Shown piece by piece: positions 38,482 to 50,510 of a stretch of 64,000 bases of DNA. Source of the stretch: Eukaryota sp. TZLM1-RC (taxonomy: Eukaryota > Protista > Metamonada: BaSk clade). Location: contig JAUPSS010000011.1 in NCBI GenBank assembly GCA_040285825.1, forward strand, positions 1 to 64,000, given 5' to 3'. Numbering within the stretch: position 1 is the stretch's first letter; each line of letters opens with the position of its first letter. Under the pieces are notes generated by a model. That model was not told the origin of the DNA and ran no database searches. It saw only the letters and a list, made by a program, of their open reading frames with translations. A program made the position numbers and the translations under genes.

Positions 38482-38829
38482 TTGGTTGATTGGTTGGTTG
38501 GTTGATTGGGGGTTTTTCGGTAATGTGATTTTTTATTTAATTTATTTAATTTGTATTCTGTATTTTTAAAATTTACTTATCTTAATTTTATTGTATTTTC
38601 AAGATGTATATCTTTTTTAAAATCATTTCTGTTTGTCCCTTCATTTTGAAAATGGAATTCTGCATGTTTTTCATGCTGCTAATCCTTTCTAATATACAAA
38701 GTTACTTTTCTTTGAGAAATGGATTCAAAATAAGACGAAGTCATTGAAAATAAATAGAAACTTGAATAAATAAAAGATTAAAATGAAAAAAAATCACCCT
38801 TGACACGGAAAAATACTTCAATCAATCAA

Positions 38830-39642
38830 TCAATCCTGATAGCTTTCAAAACGTTCCAAGTCATCTTTATCCTTGATCTTGAACTTTTCTTTACCATCCC
38901 ATAAATCAGCAATTACAACTTTACCATCATAAATTCTTCCATTAAATACATGGACACAATCCACTGCACAAGCTCGTTCCTTGAATCGAACTGTCACAAT
39001 ACCTTCGGGGTTGTTACTAAAAATAGAAACCTTCTCAACATGACCAAACTTGATACACTCTTCATGTACATCTGCTCTCAATTCTGATGTCAATCCAGCC
39101 TCTGTCTCCATCTCTTGAATGGTAAACATGTTACGTAGAACCACTGTTCTGGTGGATGGAGGAGGCTCACTGGATTCTTCCCAACCCAAAGCTTTTTGAT
39201 ACTGTTTTTTAAACCTTCTTCTCCGCTCTCTAGCTGATATTGTGGAGATGTTCATTGATTTGGATGTTCCTTCATCCATGGTGTTCTTCTCCCCTTCTGG
39301 TTCCCTCGATGCTGGAGAGACAGAGATCGTGGGAAGAGAGGGTCGAAATAGGGAATCATCAAGAAGGGTGGTGGCCAATGATACCGATTCTGGACGTAGA
39401 TAAATTATCTTTGCATCTCCCTTTAATGAACCATCTTCATTTCGGTAAAGTTTTATCACTGGTTCATGTGTTTCTTCACTTTTACGAATAACGCCAGCTT
39501 TGGAGAAGTATTGAGCTACTTCGTCAATATCAGTATCAAGGGGAAGGCCTGTGACATAGATTGATGTAGGACGTTTTTCTACGGCTGTTTTCTCTGGCTC
39601 ATCGACTTTCTGGCGTTTGAGTGGTGGTTGATCAGAGTCCAT
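38830..39642 (-). CDS. HTATSF1: Tat-SF1/Cus2 splicing factor (RRM + UHM)
   Basis: SIYVTGLPLD..FSKAGVI..IKLY..KGDA..Y..ESV.LA; VVLRNMF..EECIKFG..NPEG..GRIYDG..LWDG. Confidence 0.93.
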   Translation of the reverse strand: MDSDQPPLKRQKVDEPEKTAVEKRPTSIYVTGLPLDTDIDEVAQYFSKAGVIRKSEETHEPVIKLYRNEDGSLKGDAKIIYLRPESVSLATTLLDDSLFRPSLPTISVSPASREPEGEKNTMDEGTSKSMNISTISARERRRRFKKQYQKALGWEESSEPPPSTRTVVLRNMFTIQEMETEAGLTSELRADVHEECIKFGHVEKVSIFSNNPEGIVTVRFKERACAVDCVHVFNGRIYDGKVVIADLWDGKEKFKIKDKDDLERFESYQD

Positions 39643-39724
39643 TGAATCTAAAGCAGTTGAAATTTGTAGAAGAAATCTTGGTTCAATGAATTCTGTCCCA
39701 ATTTTTTTTAATACATATAAAAAT

Positions 39725-41915
39725 TATTATTTATTGAACTTTTACACTTGATTAAACTAATTCATAACTAATAGGACGAATATCATTGAACCAAGATTTC
39801 CTCTACAAAATCTTGATCTGCTTGCTGTCTAGCTAAAGCTTCTCTTATTCGATTGAAAAACCGAGGCAATCTATTAAAAATGGCAAATTGAATCCGAGAA
39901 CGCCATAAAAAATATCAAAACTTTTCATTGTGTTTTGTTGAACCATTTTTTGGAAGTCATTCAAAAAAGTTTCTGGTTCTACTGATAGTCTTCCGTTTAT
40001 CGAAAATGGGAAAGCAATAAAAACTAGCTCTGTATTTCTACCAGCATTAGCTTCTTCAATAACTTTATCATATTTTCTATGCTTTTCTTTTGCTTTAAAA
40101 CCAAGAGCACTTGCAGGATTAAGTTTTCTTCTGTGAACCAAAGTATCATTTGCAACATTACATGAGACAAAATCAACGATAGTTTCAGAGTTCTCAATCC
40201 AATCACAATATACATCACCTCTATCATCAGAACCAAAATCATTCAGAGAAAGTGTTTCCTTCAGCAGAGGCTCTTTGATACACGATATTCTTGCAGTTTG
40301 TGCTATAGTGAAAACAGTGTCTCTAACAGCATCATGTAATGAAGAACGATAAGTTATCAATTTAGAACAATCCAGAGCATGGCGCAAAGTGAGTTGAGGT
40401 GAATTCGAACAAATAGATTTTTCTTTTGATAATAATTGATTCAATGGGGATATTCAAATGTAATCTCATTTTTGTTACAATTGCTTCATTAGTGGCACAC
40501 AACCCAAATCTTTGTGGTACAATGGTTACAAAAAGTGAAGAATCTGATGACTTGTTTTCACAAACACCCATTTCCAATAACAATGAGTGAAGATCTTGAT
40601 TTAAAACAGCCCAGTTGCATTCATTATTATAAAGATGTTTTTCATACATTCCAGTCAATCGTTTCGGTAATGTTCGAAGAGTGTAGTTCAAATTTAAAAC
40701 ATTTTTTTCTGGAATATTGCCATTGAATGATTGGGGAAAGCATCGACGCCATTCTTCTACATCAATTTTTGAAATTTCTTCATTTAATGCAAAAACAGTG
40801 GAACTTTGCGTTGCCATTAATGAACCTTCCCAATCTGCAAATCTTTCGGAAAACTCAAATATTGCATTTTTGCATCCACCAATAAAAGCACACGAAGTAA
40901 GAACAGAAGCCTTCGTCCATCCTAAACCGCGATAATGTGGACTAAGATAAGCATGGTCTGGAATTTGGAACATTTTACATTCCAGTAATTGTGACAAAAC
41001 TTTTACACGTAACTCATTAAACTTCTGAGCCAAAGGCCTAGTGACGAGAGGATTTGTAGATCAAAATATATGATAGAAGTTGGAACTAAAACACAGTCTT
41101 ATAATGGTAAATTTGATGTGTTTTGGTATATCTAAATTCATCATTCGGTCAATATTGTAGGAAATTGAGTTCAACTTTTCAAACAATTTGTTAGTAATTT
41201 CATCATTATTTCCTAAAAACGAACCCAAATGACGAATAGCATCAATTGAATATAATTTGGCTTGAAATTCAATACCATCAACTATTGTGGAAACTGGAGA
41301 ATTCGATAACAAAACACATTTAAGTAAATTAAGTCGGAGACCAATTTTGGTAAATAATTCTTTAAAACATACAGTTGCTTGTTTCACAATATTTAAATCA
41401 CCAATAAGCACAACATCATCCATATATGCAATCATTTTTAGTGAAGGAAACATCTCTTGAATTTGCAGTAGAATAGGATGAATGGCCAAACAAAACAAAA
41501 GAGGTCCTAACGGATCTCCTTGCTTTACGCCACTTGATGAACTCAAAATGTTGTTACCAAAATGTAAATTAGAATATGTGCAATATGTTGATTGAAAATA
41601 CGGTATTAATTCCGGCATATATTGCAACAAAGCACCATGAATACTGCAACGACTGAGTGAATTGAATGCATTATTAAAATCCAATGAGATACAAACATTG
41701 GATTCATTTTGGCGAAATAATTCATCTGTAGCAAATATCGCTGAAGATACTCCATCAGTGGTATTAATTCCATATTGAAAGGGTAATAAAATCGTTTTTG
41801 CTTTTTCATTGAACCTGCTTAAGCAACAAGCAGAAATAATATTATGTATGCTCTCAGAGACCGCAATAGGACGAACATCCATTTTTGAATTTTTGATACA
41901 TATTTTATTCAAACA
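39725..41915 (-). mobile_element. CRE-like non-LTR retrotransposon: RT + zinc finger + RLE, 5'-truncated, frameshifted
   Basis: RPIAVSE, QYGI, LDFNNAFNS, GVKQGDPLGPLLF, YMDD, HLGS; HALDC..HDAVRD..KEP..RGD..D..K.KY. Confidence 0.93.
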
Positions 41916-42325
41916 AAATTGTAAAAACTAAAAATCAATCTCCTTAAACTCCACATATACTATTCAAAACTTACTTACAGCATTTTTTTCATAACATTTT
42001 TCTAGTGATAAAAACGATCTAGAAACAAGGCTATACATTCCCTTAAAAATAGAAAATTTTTGACAATAGATGAGAAATCGTCTAGAAATGATAAAGCAGT
42101 TTTACCCAAGGTTCCAAATAAAGAAAAAGCAAAAGGACAAAGAAGATATTGAGTATGTGAGTTGGAATTCAGATTATTGTTTTTTTCAGCATACTTGATA
42201 ATTTTCGCTTCTTCAGCTCTACGTAAAGGTGAATTATAAGATTGTGTCAGTGTTTCATTTGAGCTGTTTGATACATCAGTAGATCTGACATAAATAATGA
42301 TCATTGATGCATTAAGTCCAGGAAC
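41915..42325 (-). mobile_element. CRE-like 3' fragment stacked on the previous element
   Basis: AEEAKIIKY..CPFAFSLFGTLG; similar to 11280-11370. Confidence 0.8.
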
Positions 42326-42839
42326 TATTAGTTATGAGTTGATTTTGTTAAGTGTGTAAGTTTAATAAATAGACCTTCTATACAAACAAATGAAGAAAAA
42401 TTCAATTTCAAGACGTTTTTGGTCCAAAACGAGACAACAATGGAAAGTAGCGCTAATAGGAAATGATTAAACTCTACAATAATTGATCATTACCATTTTG
42501 AGTTCCATTTGTTCATCTTTATCCTAGTTTTCAATAAACACAAAATTCGGTAAAAAACGTCAAATCGTTACAAATTTTTTGAAAGTGATGCTTTGATATT
42601 TTCTGGTGAGGTCAACTGAAACCTGATTGTAATCGATGTAAATTTTTAAAATTCAAAATGACTACACTAATGTTATTTTGTGCTTCCCGTGGTTGTTTGT
42701 CCAATATACTGTCAGCTTCAACATTGACTACAATGAATTTTTGAAATTTTTTGATCACTATGTTGTTTACCACCTTATGCAAAATGAATAATTAATGAAA
42801 AACTAAATGAGAATTTATAAAAACTAAAAACTAATTAAA

Positions 42840-45800
42840 TCATCCAACCAAACTTTCCATTGATTCCCCACTCAGGCTCTCAATTAACTTTAACAATGTG
42901 TGAACGGGAGAATCCATCAAGTCTGATTGTTCTGCTAGCTCTGTAAGGAATGGTAATGAGGACGGGAGCAAAACCAAAGCTTCTTCCTTCAATCTTTCAT
43001 ATACTTCTATTAATGCTAAAACTGCTAAGTTCTGGAAATCTTCATTATCAGAACGTAACAAACTCAGAACCTTGTTGTTAACAACATGCCAAAGGTGCTC
43101 CGAACGAGTTAAATTGACAAACAACCCAATTACGGGAATAACTTTCTCAACTACAAAATCAATTTCAAAAGAAGGTTTAGAGCACAACAAAAGAGACTGG
43201 CATAGAGCTGGAGCTAGCGTGGAAAAAATTTCATCATTTATGGGTTTAGCTGCTGTGCTGAACCAGTGAGACAGAATTGAAAACAAATCTTGTGCCATTA
43301 TTGTTAGATAGCTTCCAAATTCATTCACAATGCTATTTCCACTCAGGAATCCTATAGTAGCGACAAAATGTCTACTCAATACGCTCATCAAAGGATCAGC
43401 AATCTGTCCCAAAGTAGATACAACCACTTTAGAAAATGAAAGTAGAGCCATCCACCGGTGAAGATCAACTACCGAATCAGCCGTGGAAGTTATACCATAG
43501 CCTTGAATGGGAAATGAAGGAGAGAGGACAGCGGCTGGTTCACAAAGCCAGGAAACGAAGGCAGTAAACAGTGGGTGCAGATCATTTTCCGAAAGGCGAA
43601 GTACATAGTTCAAAAAAGCCTGGCTGACGTGAGGTAAGGTCATAATTATGTCTGGATTTGATTGAATTCTAAAGAAGTCAAAACACTCATAAATGGCAGA
43701 AACGTACAGATCTTTGAGTGAAGTTACGTCGTCATCAGACAAAACATTTGAAATTTTAGAAAGTAATTCAGCACAAAAAGAAATAGAATTTAATCGTTGA
43801 GGCATTTCTTTTATAATTGTGATTATTGTTGCAGGATTTGGATATAATGCTAATCTATTACAAATCGCAGTCATTAAATCATTACAATGTTGGTCTTTTT
43901 GGTTAGAATTAATTGAGGAGATAGTCGTAATAATTACTGATATTTGAGAAGAATTAATTAATCTGGGAACAGCTTCGACGATATTATTGAATAGAACTAA
44001 AATAGGCAGAATATTGGAATCAATTACAACTAAATAATTGGAAATAAATAAAAATACATTTTTTAAATTTTTCAATGAGCCTGTTTTCAAAGCAGATATA
44101 ATAGAACCAATAGTCTCAGCAAGAGTTGGGAATAATTCGAATGATAATAATGAAATTTCCAAGTTGCAAATAAACGAGAGCATTTTGTCGTAAAAAGACG
44201 TGTTAATGGTTGGTAGCGACAATGCAAGTCCAGACACAAATAGAAGGGAGGCTTGGTTGAAGTTTATAAAATTCTTTTCATATATTCTCGACTCCAAAAA
44301 GCCAAATAAGCAGTCCAACAGTTCAGCAAATAAAGAATCATTCAAGTTAGCTGATCCTCTGATATTTTGCACGTACTGTGTAGAAATTGCCAGAATTAGT
44401 AACTTATTAGCCTCTGTTCCATCCTTTAAAACAGAGAGAACTGTGGCCACAAACTCACTGACAGAAATTGAACTTGAAATAATTGAGATCATTTCCCTAC
44501 AATGTGAAACTGCAAAGCTAAACTTCTTTTTGGCAGAACATCTACAAACGACACGTAAAGCATCAACAAATACAGAAGCACAATTGGTGTTAATGACAAT
44601 AGAGGAAAGAATTTCAACAAGTTTTGACGTTAGGACCCTCAAAACAATTCTGGAATTTTCTTTAGATATATCATAAAAGCTCAAATCTGTGTCTGGTCTT
44701 ACAAATTCAAGAGATTTGTGGAGAAAGTCAAGCTTGGTTGTGTTGGTGGCGTTGTCCAAGAAATCTAAAACAATAATAAATTCTTTCTCGGTGGAAATGG
44801 AAAAATAGTAAAAGAATGCATACACTAAGGGTAATGTGGAGCCAAATGAATCAACTAAATCAGAAAACAAAGACAGAATGATTGGTTTGGGTAAAGTTTT
44901 GATCACATCAACAATCAATTTGATTGATTCATGGATGGTTACCTTTTTCGACTTGACTAGGACAGAAACTGCGGACTTGCAGACGTTTCTGATCGCGGTC
45001 AATGAAATTCCAGTCGAGTCAACGCTAGTCAAGGCAATCGACAGTCCTTCTAGGGCAGTTTCCGATCCAGAAAGGGAAAGTTGAGCTAAGCAATCCAGAG
45101 CATTGGATGACACTTTTGTGGAGTTGAACCCACAACACTTGATAATCGAAGCAACAGATTCTTTTGTTAAATTGTCGCTTTTGGCAAGGTTAGGAATGAC
45201 TGAAAGAATTGATCCCAATACAAAATCAGAATTTGATTGGGTTAGGGTTTGCAAATGCGAAATCAACTTGAATAGAGTGGTTAAGATAACGTTAAATTCA
45301 GAATTAATTACTAATGGTAAAGTTGAAGCAGTGGTAGAGATGATTTTAATGAAGTAGTTTAATTCTGCGAAATTTTCACAGTCTTCCTCAGTCAAAGCGT
45401 CAAGTGATCCCAACTTTTCAAGTAATAGTTCATTAAGAATAGAAATGGTTTGATCTTTTGCATTCGAAAAGACAAACTTAACCACATTAACAGTAATTTC
45501 TGTTGAAAAAGAATAGTTTGTCAGTAAAACTCTAATAAGTTTGTTCTGATAGTACCTCTTATTACTGGTAAAAGCATTGTAAAAAGCGCTGGTCAAAACC
45601 ACACTTAAAAGTTCTTCACTAACCCTTGTATTTGATAATAGACATATCGACGACTCTGAGACTATTGGACTTAAACCTTGAAGACAAAGTTTTGCCAAGA
45701 ACTTACTAGCAATTAAACCACCAAATTGAGCAGAAATAGAGGGAATAATACGTCTCCATTGGGCGAGTTGATTAAATAAAAAGTCTATGGAAGGATCTTC

Positions 45801-47330
45801 GGTGGTAATAAGTTGACGTATTTCCGAGCATTTTACTAATAAACTTGGTGAACTAATGTTATTGTTGATGTAAAGTAAACAAGGCAAGAAAAACGAAAAA
45901 TCAAGATCATCTCTGGTTATTATCAATTCACCAAAAATTTCTATAATACGCTGCAAAGTTAACACATAGATGGGAATTGTTTCCTGTTCCAAAACATTGA
46001 TTAATCTATAAATGAAGGACATTAAAACGGAAACTGGGTCAGAAGATGACGTGGTGAGGTCATAAATACACGTGTCGATTAGAGCAATGATTGACGACTG
46101 ATCTGATTGATTGAATTGGTGAGTCAACATCGTGAAGAAATCAAAGTTAGCTCCGGTTGATATGAACATTGTCAAAGATGAAACCAACTGGGAAACTGAA
46201 CCATCATCATTTGATTGATAAGTAGCATCGGCAACCATCTCATCATCAACAGTTTGATTGGACATTTGATTGACCTCTGGAACTGATTGGGTACTGTATA
46301 GCTGTGATAATTCAGGAATTTTATGAATTAATTCAATATCATTTTCCTTGATTGCCGGAATAATTAAATCTAAAACATCCTGAAAAATCTGAATTTTTTC
46401 TGCTCTTTTTAATATTCCGGGAATAATTAATTTAAATAAAGGCAACACATTAGTGCTTCCAATCTTATTAGTGAGACATTTCACCAAAACCTTACTCTCG
46501 ACAATTCTCTGAATATTACGGTTTCCGACTGTCATGACGTGACCTTTTTGAGTTAGGGTCAATAATAAAACGGCAACTGATTCAGCTGTGAAAACACTAC
46601 AATGTTTGAGAGTGGCGGTCATAATCTTGGTCCAATATTCTTGTTCTCCATCAGAATTGACCGGAATAAACGTGACTGAAAGGTTAAAAACCCCAATTGC
46701 GACTAATTGACACTCTGGCAAGTTCTTTGCCCTTATACAATTAAGTAGTAAAGGAGTAATCTTTGCTAACGCCGCGTCCTGTCCACGTGGCAACACGTAT
46801 GCTGACGTCATCAGAACAAGATTGAAAGCAGGTTTGCAGGGAAGGTTGGTCGGATCAATGAGAGAGCATATATGAGCAAAAAGGTTCAGATTGGAGGCAA
46901 CATGTTTGAAGAAGAAATCCCTGGTGAGAGCGTGTGCATTGGAGTTCTGAGGGAGAGAAAGAAAGGAGAACATTGTGTCCGATAAGTTAGTGACAGAGAT
47001 TAGGCGGGCAAAGAGTTTGGTCTCAAAGTATGGGAGGGCCATAGTGATGAGCGGCACAACGTGGTGGGGGAGAGTGGTGAGGCTGTACCGTTTGATGAGA
47101 AAGTCCAGAGTGACATGTGAGTTTGTAGTAAGGAAGTAGGGTGTGAGACAAGTTAGAAACTGATGGAGAGCCTCATTGATGATACTGATCTGATCATTGG
47201 TGAGGGTGTTGGGGTCTAGGTCCCTTGCAGTCTCGGAAAATAGAGTAGACTCAAACTTTATGAAGCGACTGTCTTGTGCTTTGAGCTCATTGAAGTGTTG
47301 TAGTGCCGTATCAAACTCAGCTTGGGACAT
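42840..47330 (-). CDS. UTP10: U3 snoRNA-associated HEAT-repeat protein UTP10/HEATR1
   Basis: D.RF..F..TLFS, L.PYFL..LDFLIKRY, LPYFET..F.RL at the N-terminus; LSE..L.PLF..W and LVLLP..LPFL.EL.E at the C-terminus; a short upstream exon is possible. Confidence 0.9.
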   Translation of the reverse strand: MSQAEFDTALQHFNELKAQDSRFIKFESTLFSETARDLDPNTLTNDQISIINEALHQFLTCLTPYFLTTNSHVTLDFLIKRYSLTTLPHHVVPLITMALPYFETKLFARLISVTNLSDTMFSFLSLPQNSNAHALTRDFFFKHVASNLNLFAHICSLIDPTNLPCKPAFNLVLMTSAYVLPRGQDAALAKITPLLLNCIRAKNLPECQLVAIGVFNLSVTFIPVNSDGEQEYWTKIMTATLKHCSVFTAESVAVLLLTLTQKGHVMTVGNRNIQRIVESKVLVKCLTNKIGSTNVLPLFKLIIPGILKRAEKIQIFQDVLDLIIPAIKENDIELIHKIPELSQLYSTQSVPEVNQMSNQTVDDEMVADATYQSNDDGSVSQLVSSLTMFISTGANFDFFTMLTHQFNQSDQSSIIALIDTCIYDLTTSSSDPVSVLMSFIYRLINVLEQETIPIYVLTLQRIIEIFGELIITRDDLDFSFFLPCLLYINNNISSPSLLVKCSEIRQLITTEDPSIDFLFNQLAQWRRIIPSISAQFGGLIASKFLAKLCLQGLSPIVSESSICLLSNTRVSEELLSVVLTSAFYNAFTSNKRYYQNKLIRVLLTNYSFSTEITVNVVKFVFSNAKDQTISILNELLLEKLGSLDALTEEDCENFAELNYFIKIISTTASTLPLVINSEFNVILTTLFKLISHLQTLTQSNSDFVLGSILSVIPNLAKSDNLTKESVASIIKCCGFNSTKVSSNALDCLAQLSLSGSETALEGLSIALTSVDSTGISLTAIRNVCKSAVSVLVKSKKVTIHESIKLIVDVIKTLPKPIILSLFSDLVDSFGSTLPLVYAFFYYFSISTEKEFIIVLDFLDNATNTTKLDFLHKSLEFVRPDTDLSFYDISKENSRIVLRVLTSKLVEILSSIVINTNCASVFVDALRVVCRCSAKKKFSFAVSHCREMISIISSSISVSEFVATVLSVLKDGTEANKLLILAISTQYVQNIRGSANLNDSLFAELLDCLFGFLESRIYEKNFINFNQASLLFVSGLALSLPTINTSFYDKMLSFICNLEISLLSFELFPTLAETIGSIISALKTGSLKNLKNVFLFISNYLVVIDSNILPILVLFNNIVEAVPRLINSSQISVIITTISSINSNQKDQHCNDLMTAICNRLALYPNPATIITIIKEMPQRLNSISFCAELLSKISNVLSDDDVTSLKDLYVSAIYECFDFFRIQSNPDIIMTLPHVSQAFLNYVLRLSENDLHPLFTAFVSWLCEPAAVLSPSFPIQGYGITSTADSVVDLHRWMALLSFSKVVVSTLGQIADPLMSVLSRHFVATIGFLSGNSIVNEFGSYLTIMAQDLFSILSHWFSTAAKPINDEIFSTLAPALCQSLLLCSKPSFEIDFVVEKVIPVIGLFVNLTRSEHLWHVVNNKVLSLLRSDNEDFQNLAVLALIEVYERLKEEALVLLPSSLPFLTELAEQSDLMDSPVHTLLKLIESLSGESMESLVG

Positions 47331-48067
47331 TGAAGGATGAAGCTGATTTTGACTAAGCTCCCCTAGAATCTATTGATTTATTTATTTCGAAACAATTAAC
47401 TTTCTGATGCTCTCCATTCACTTGGACCTCACTATAAGAGAGTTGCATCTAGTGGTTTTCTTTTGGCAGAGATGGATCATTTAGATGTTGATTTGTTAGT
47501 TGTTTATAATATAATCAACAAGTTAAAGAAAAAACAAAGACAATTAAATTTAGAAATTAGAAAAATGACGTCAAGTGCTTTTAAAAACAAATATATAAAG
47601 ACACCAATTGTTGTAAAATTTAGACAAAATCTTCGATCATTGGTGATGTTTAGGACAATACCGTATTGATTTGTCTTTGAAATCATTAGCATTGAAAACC
47701 AGATACGAAAACCGGTGATACTTTGTGTATGAATTGAATTTTGTGCTTGAATAATGAACTTTCAGATTCATTATTTATTGCTGTCTGCTATATTCTTCCT
47801 ACTATGTAGTATTTGTTGCTAGATTGAGACAATTTTAACCAGATAAGGCATACAATTGATCAAACGTCAATTCAGTTGCATTGCTTCAATCAGAACTTGG
47901 TTCGAACACGATAGGTGTTCCCCTATATTAAAGAAAGATTGTTAGGTTCACAAAAACAGTTTGTGCTGAGACATTTAAATGAGGATGTGAGTGATTTTTT
48001 AGGAAAACTTCTAAAGTTTCGTGAAATCCTTAGCCACCATATTAAACTCTATCACAACCAATAATCA

Positions 48068-48288
48068 ATGACTGATACACAACAATCTGCTGTCCTCTCA
48101 CTACTTGAAGACGATGACGAGTTTGAGGAGTTTGAAGAAGGTTCGTCTTACATCTTTCCCTGATCGCAGATTGGGAACCGCTTCCTTCCGAAGTTATTGA
48201 AGCTGAGGAGTTTGAAGAAGATTGGGACGAAGAAATACTAGAAGATGATGAGTTTCAACGTAATCTTCGGTCGATACTGAATCAATAG
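48068..48288 (+). CDS. SEM1: SEM1/DSS1 proteasome/BRCA2-associated acidic protein (63 aa, one intron)
   Basis: MTDTQQSAVLSLLEDDDEFEEFEE|DWEP..FEEDWDEE..DDEFQRNLR after removing the 29-nt GT-AG intron 48141-48169. Confidence 0.92.
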
Positions 48289-48769
48289 GTTTTTTGTATA
48301 GCATTCTGTAGAAGATTAAACCATCTGCTTCACTCAGTAGTTTGTCTTTTTTACAACCTACACTACTACTTACACTTTTTCATTATTTGCCAGATTATAT
48401 TATGTCACAATCATAGATGGAGTGACAATAGCCCTGCTATACGAAACATGTGCTGCATTACTCAAATCATTGAACTCGACATGATGCAACAGTATAGAAA
48501 AACTTGTTTTTGAATGGAATCAGGCATCAGTTTCACAAGGATATTTTGAAGTAGAAGCACATATTGGTATCTTTATTGGAGCACAAGATCAAATAAGGAC
48601 AGTACAGCAGATGCATATATTTGCCACAAGCATTGTTTAGATAGCATCATATCCTGTAAGACCTAGGGTGCAATGGAGCTGTAATCACCATCTATGAGTT
48701 ACACTGTTCAACTTCGATATGAGACTGAACATTTGTCACTATCAAGTGTAAAGGTCTTCAAATTATATA

Positions 48770-49155
48770 TATTGAACTTGTTCACTTAACAAAATAAACT
48801 CATAACTAATGGGACGAAATTCATTGAAACAAGATTTCCTCTACAAAATCTTGATCTGCTTGATGTCTAGCTAAAGCTTCTCTAATTCGATTGAAACACC
48901 GAGGCAATCTATTAATTATAGCAAATTGAATCTGAGAGCGCCACAAAAAGATAGCATATCTTTTCATTGTTCTTTCTTCAACCAATTGTCGGAAATCATT
49001 CAAAAACTTCCTGCTTCTACTGATAGTCTTCCGTTTATGGAAAATGGGAAAGCAATGAAAACAAGTGGTCCATTTCTACCAGCATTAGCTTCTTCGATAT
49101 CTTTGTCATATTTTCTATGTTTTTCTTTGGCCTTGAATTCAAGAGCTTTCACTGC
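48770..49155 (-). mobile_element. CRE-like 3' fragment
   Basis: Close similarity to 39730-40110. Confidence 0.85.
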
Positions 49156-49298
49156 ATAAAAGGTCTTTAATATAAATTAAACCTACCCAACTAATAGCAT
49201 CACCTTTTATCCTATTTCCTCCTAGAATGTGTTCTTGTTGCCCTAAAGACATTCCCTAAAATCACTGGAAAATACAGTTCGATTATAATACATTTTAT

Positions 49299-50510
49299 TC
49301 AATAAGTTAAGTACACATTGCAGAAATCACCTTCTTTAATTACATTCACATCAAAAAGAACTCCACTTTCTAATATTTCCAGGAAAAAATCCCCCGTTTG
49401 AGATGTTACCTGATCAAACTTATTGTTTGATAATAAAACAGTTGTACCAGATTTTAAATTCACAATACCCTCTAATAACCCCAGGACCCCCTTCTCGGTC
49501 AAGAGATTTCTGGAGAAATTCAGGAAAGTCAATTGTGATTGAGTCGATTCTATCCCCTTTGCTAAAATAGTAACACACTCATCAGTCAATCGACAACCTG
49601 CCAAATCCAAATGGGTTAAAAACCGAGTTGATTTGAGCCACCTTGACAGCAAGTGAACAGTATCTAAAGCCAAATGATTCTTAGCAAGACTTAGTTTTGT
49701 AATTTTAGAATCTAAATTAAAAATTAAGGGAGTAATAATGAACTGACTAATTGGTAAATCCATAAACCCTAAATTTCCAAAGTCAAGGCTGGTCAAGGTT
49801 GAATTATGACCGAGTAGGTCAGAAATAGCGCAATAAAGAGCTGTATGTGGAAGTTTTGAGTAATTGGATGCAATATTAAGAGACTTGAGAACGCGATTAG
49901 ACCTTAAATTCAGAAAAAGATCAAACAAGTCCACATAATTCAATCTGGTATTCTCCAAATTTAAAAGACAAAGGTTTTCAATGGCTGAAATATTTGAAAT
50001 TAAAACATTCGCTGCATGTGATATATCGTTATTACCAATGTCCAAATGAGAAATAGCTGACCGAGAAAGTGATTGAAAGAGGGGCTTCCAATCAGAAATA
50101 GTGGTTGAACGTAGGGTAAGGTGTGTAAGGAGGGGAAGTTTGATTAAAATACTGGAAAAGGGTTTTGAGCTGGTTGCAGTGCAAAAAGAGAGGTCTAGAG
50201 ATGATAAAGTGGTGAACATGTGAAGAGTAAAAAACTCGAAAAGTGGTGGTATGGTCAGATCAGTAATGAGGCCATGGAGTTGACAACCAATGTTAGAGCA
50301 AAGAGAGAAACTAGAAATTGGTAGATCATGCTCATCTGCTTGTGACAAAGAAGTGAAGACTGATGGTAAAGGTTCGGTATCATAAGCTTCACATATAGAA
50401 ACATAATGTGAAGTCAATGTCGTCATTGGGATTGATGTTGAATGGAAGTTGATGAAAAAACCAAATTGGATGAGGTCTAGTGTACTATCTGTGGTTTTCA
50501 TTTGAATCAT
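49299..50510 (-). CDS. RNI-like leucine-rich-repeat protein
   Basis: LTHLDLAGCRL, LTFLNFSRNLL, LKSLNIASN; start codon uncertain (50510, 50501 or ~50426). Confidence 0.85.
   Translation of the reverse strand: MIQMKTTDSTLDLIQFGFFINFHSTSIPMTTLTSHYVSICEAYDTEPLPSVFTSLSQADEHDLPISSFSLCSNIGCQLHGLITDLTIPPLFEFFTLHMFTTLSSLDLSFCTATSSKPFSSILIKLPLLTHLTLRSTTISDWKPLFQSLSRSAISHLDIGNNDISHAANVLISNISAIENLCLLNLENTRLNYVDLFDLFLNLRSNRVLKSLNIASNYSKLPHTALYCAISDLLGHNSTLTSLDFGNLGFMDLPISQFIITPLIFNLDSKITKLSLAKNHLALDTVHLLSRWLKSTRFLTHLDLAGCRLTDECVTILAKGIESTQSQLTFLNFSRNLLTEKGVLGLLEGIVNLKSGTTVLLSNNKFDQVTSQTGDFFLEILESGVLFDVNVIKEGDFCNVYLTY

Noticed and set aside
38477-38510. (GATTG/GTTG) repeat after the coiled-coil gene stop
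   Set aside because: Simple microsatellite with no further structure
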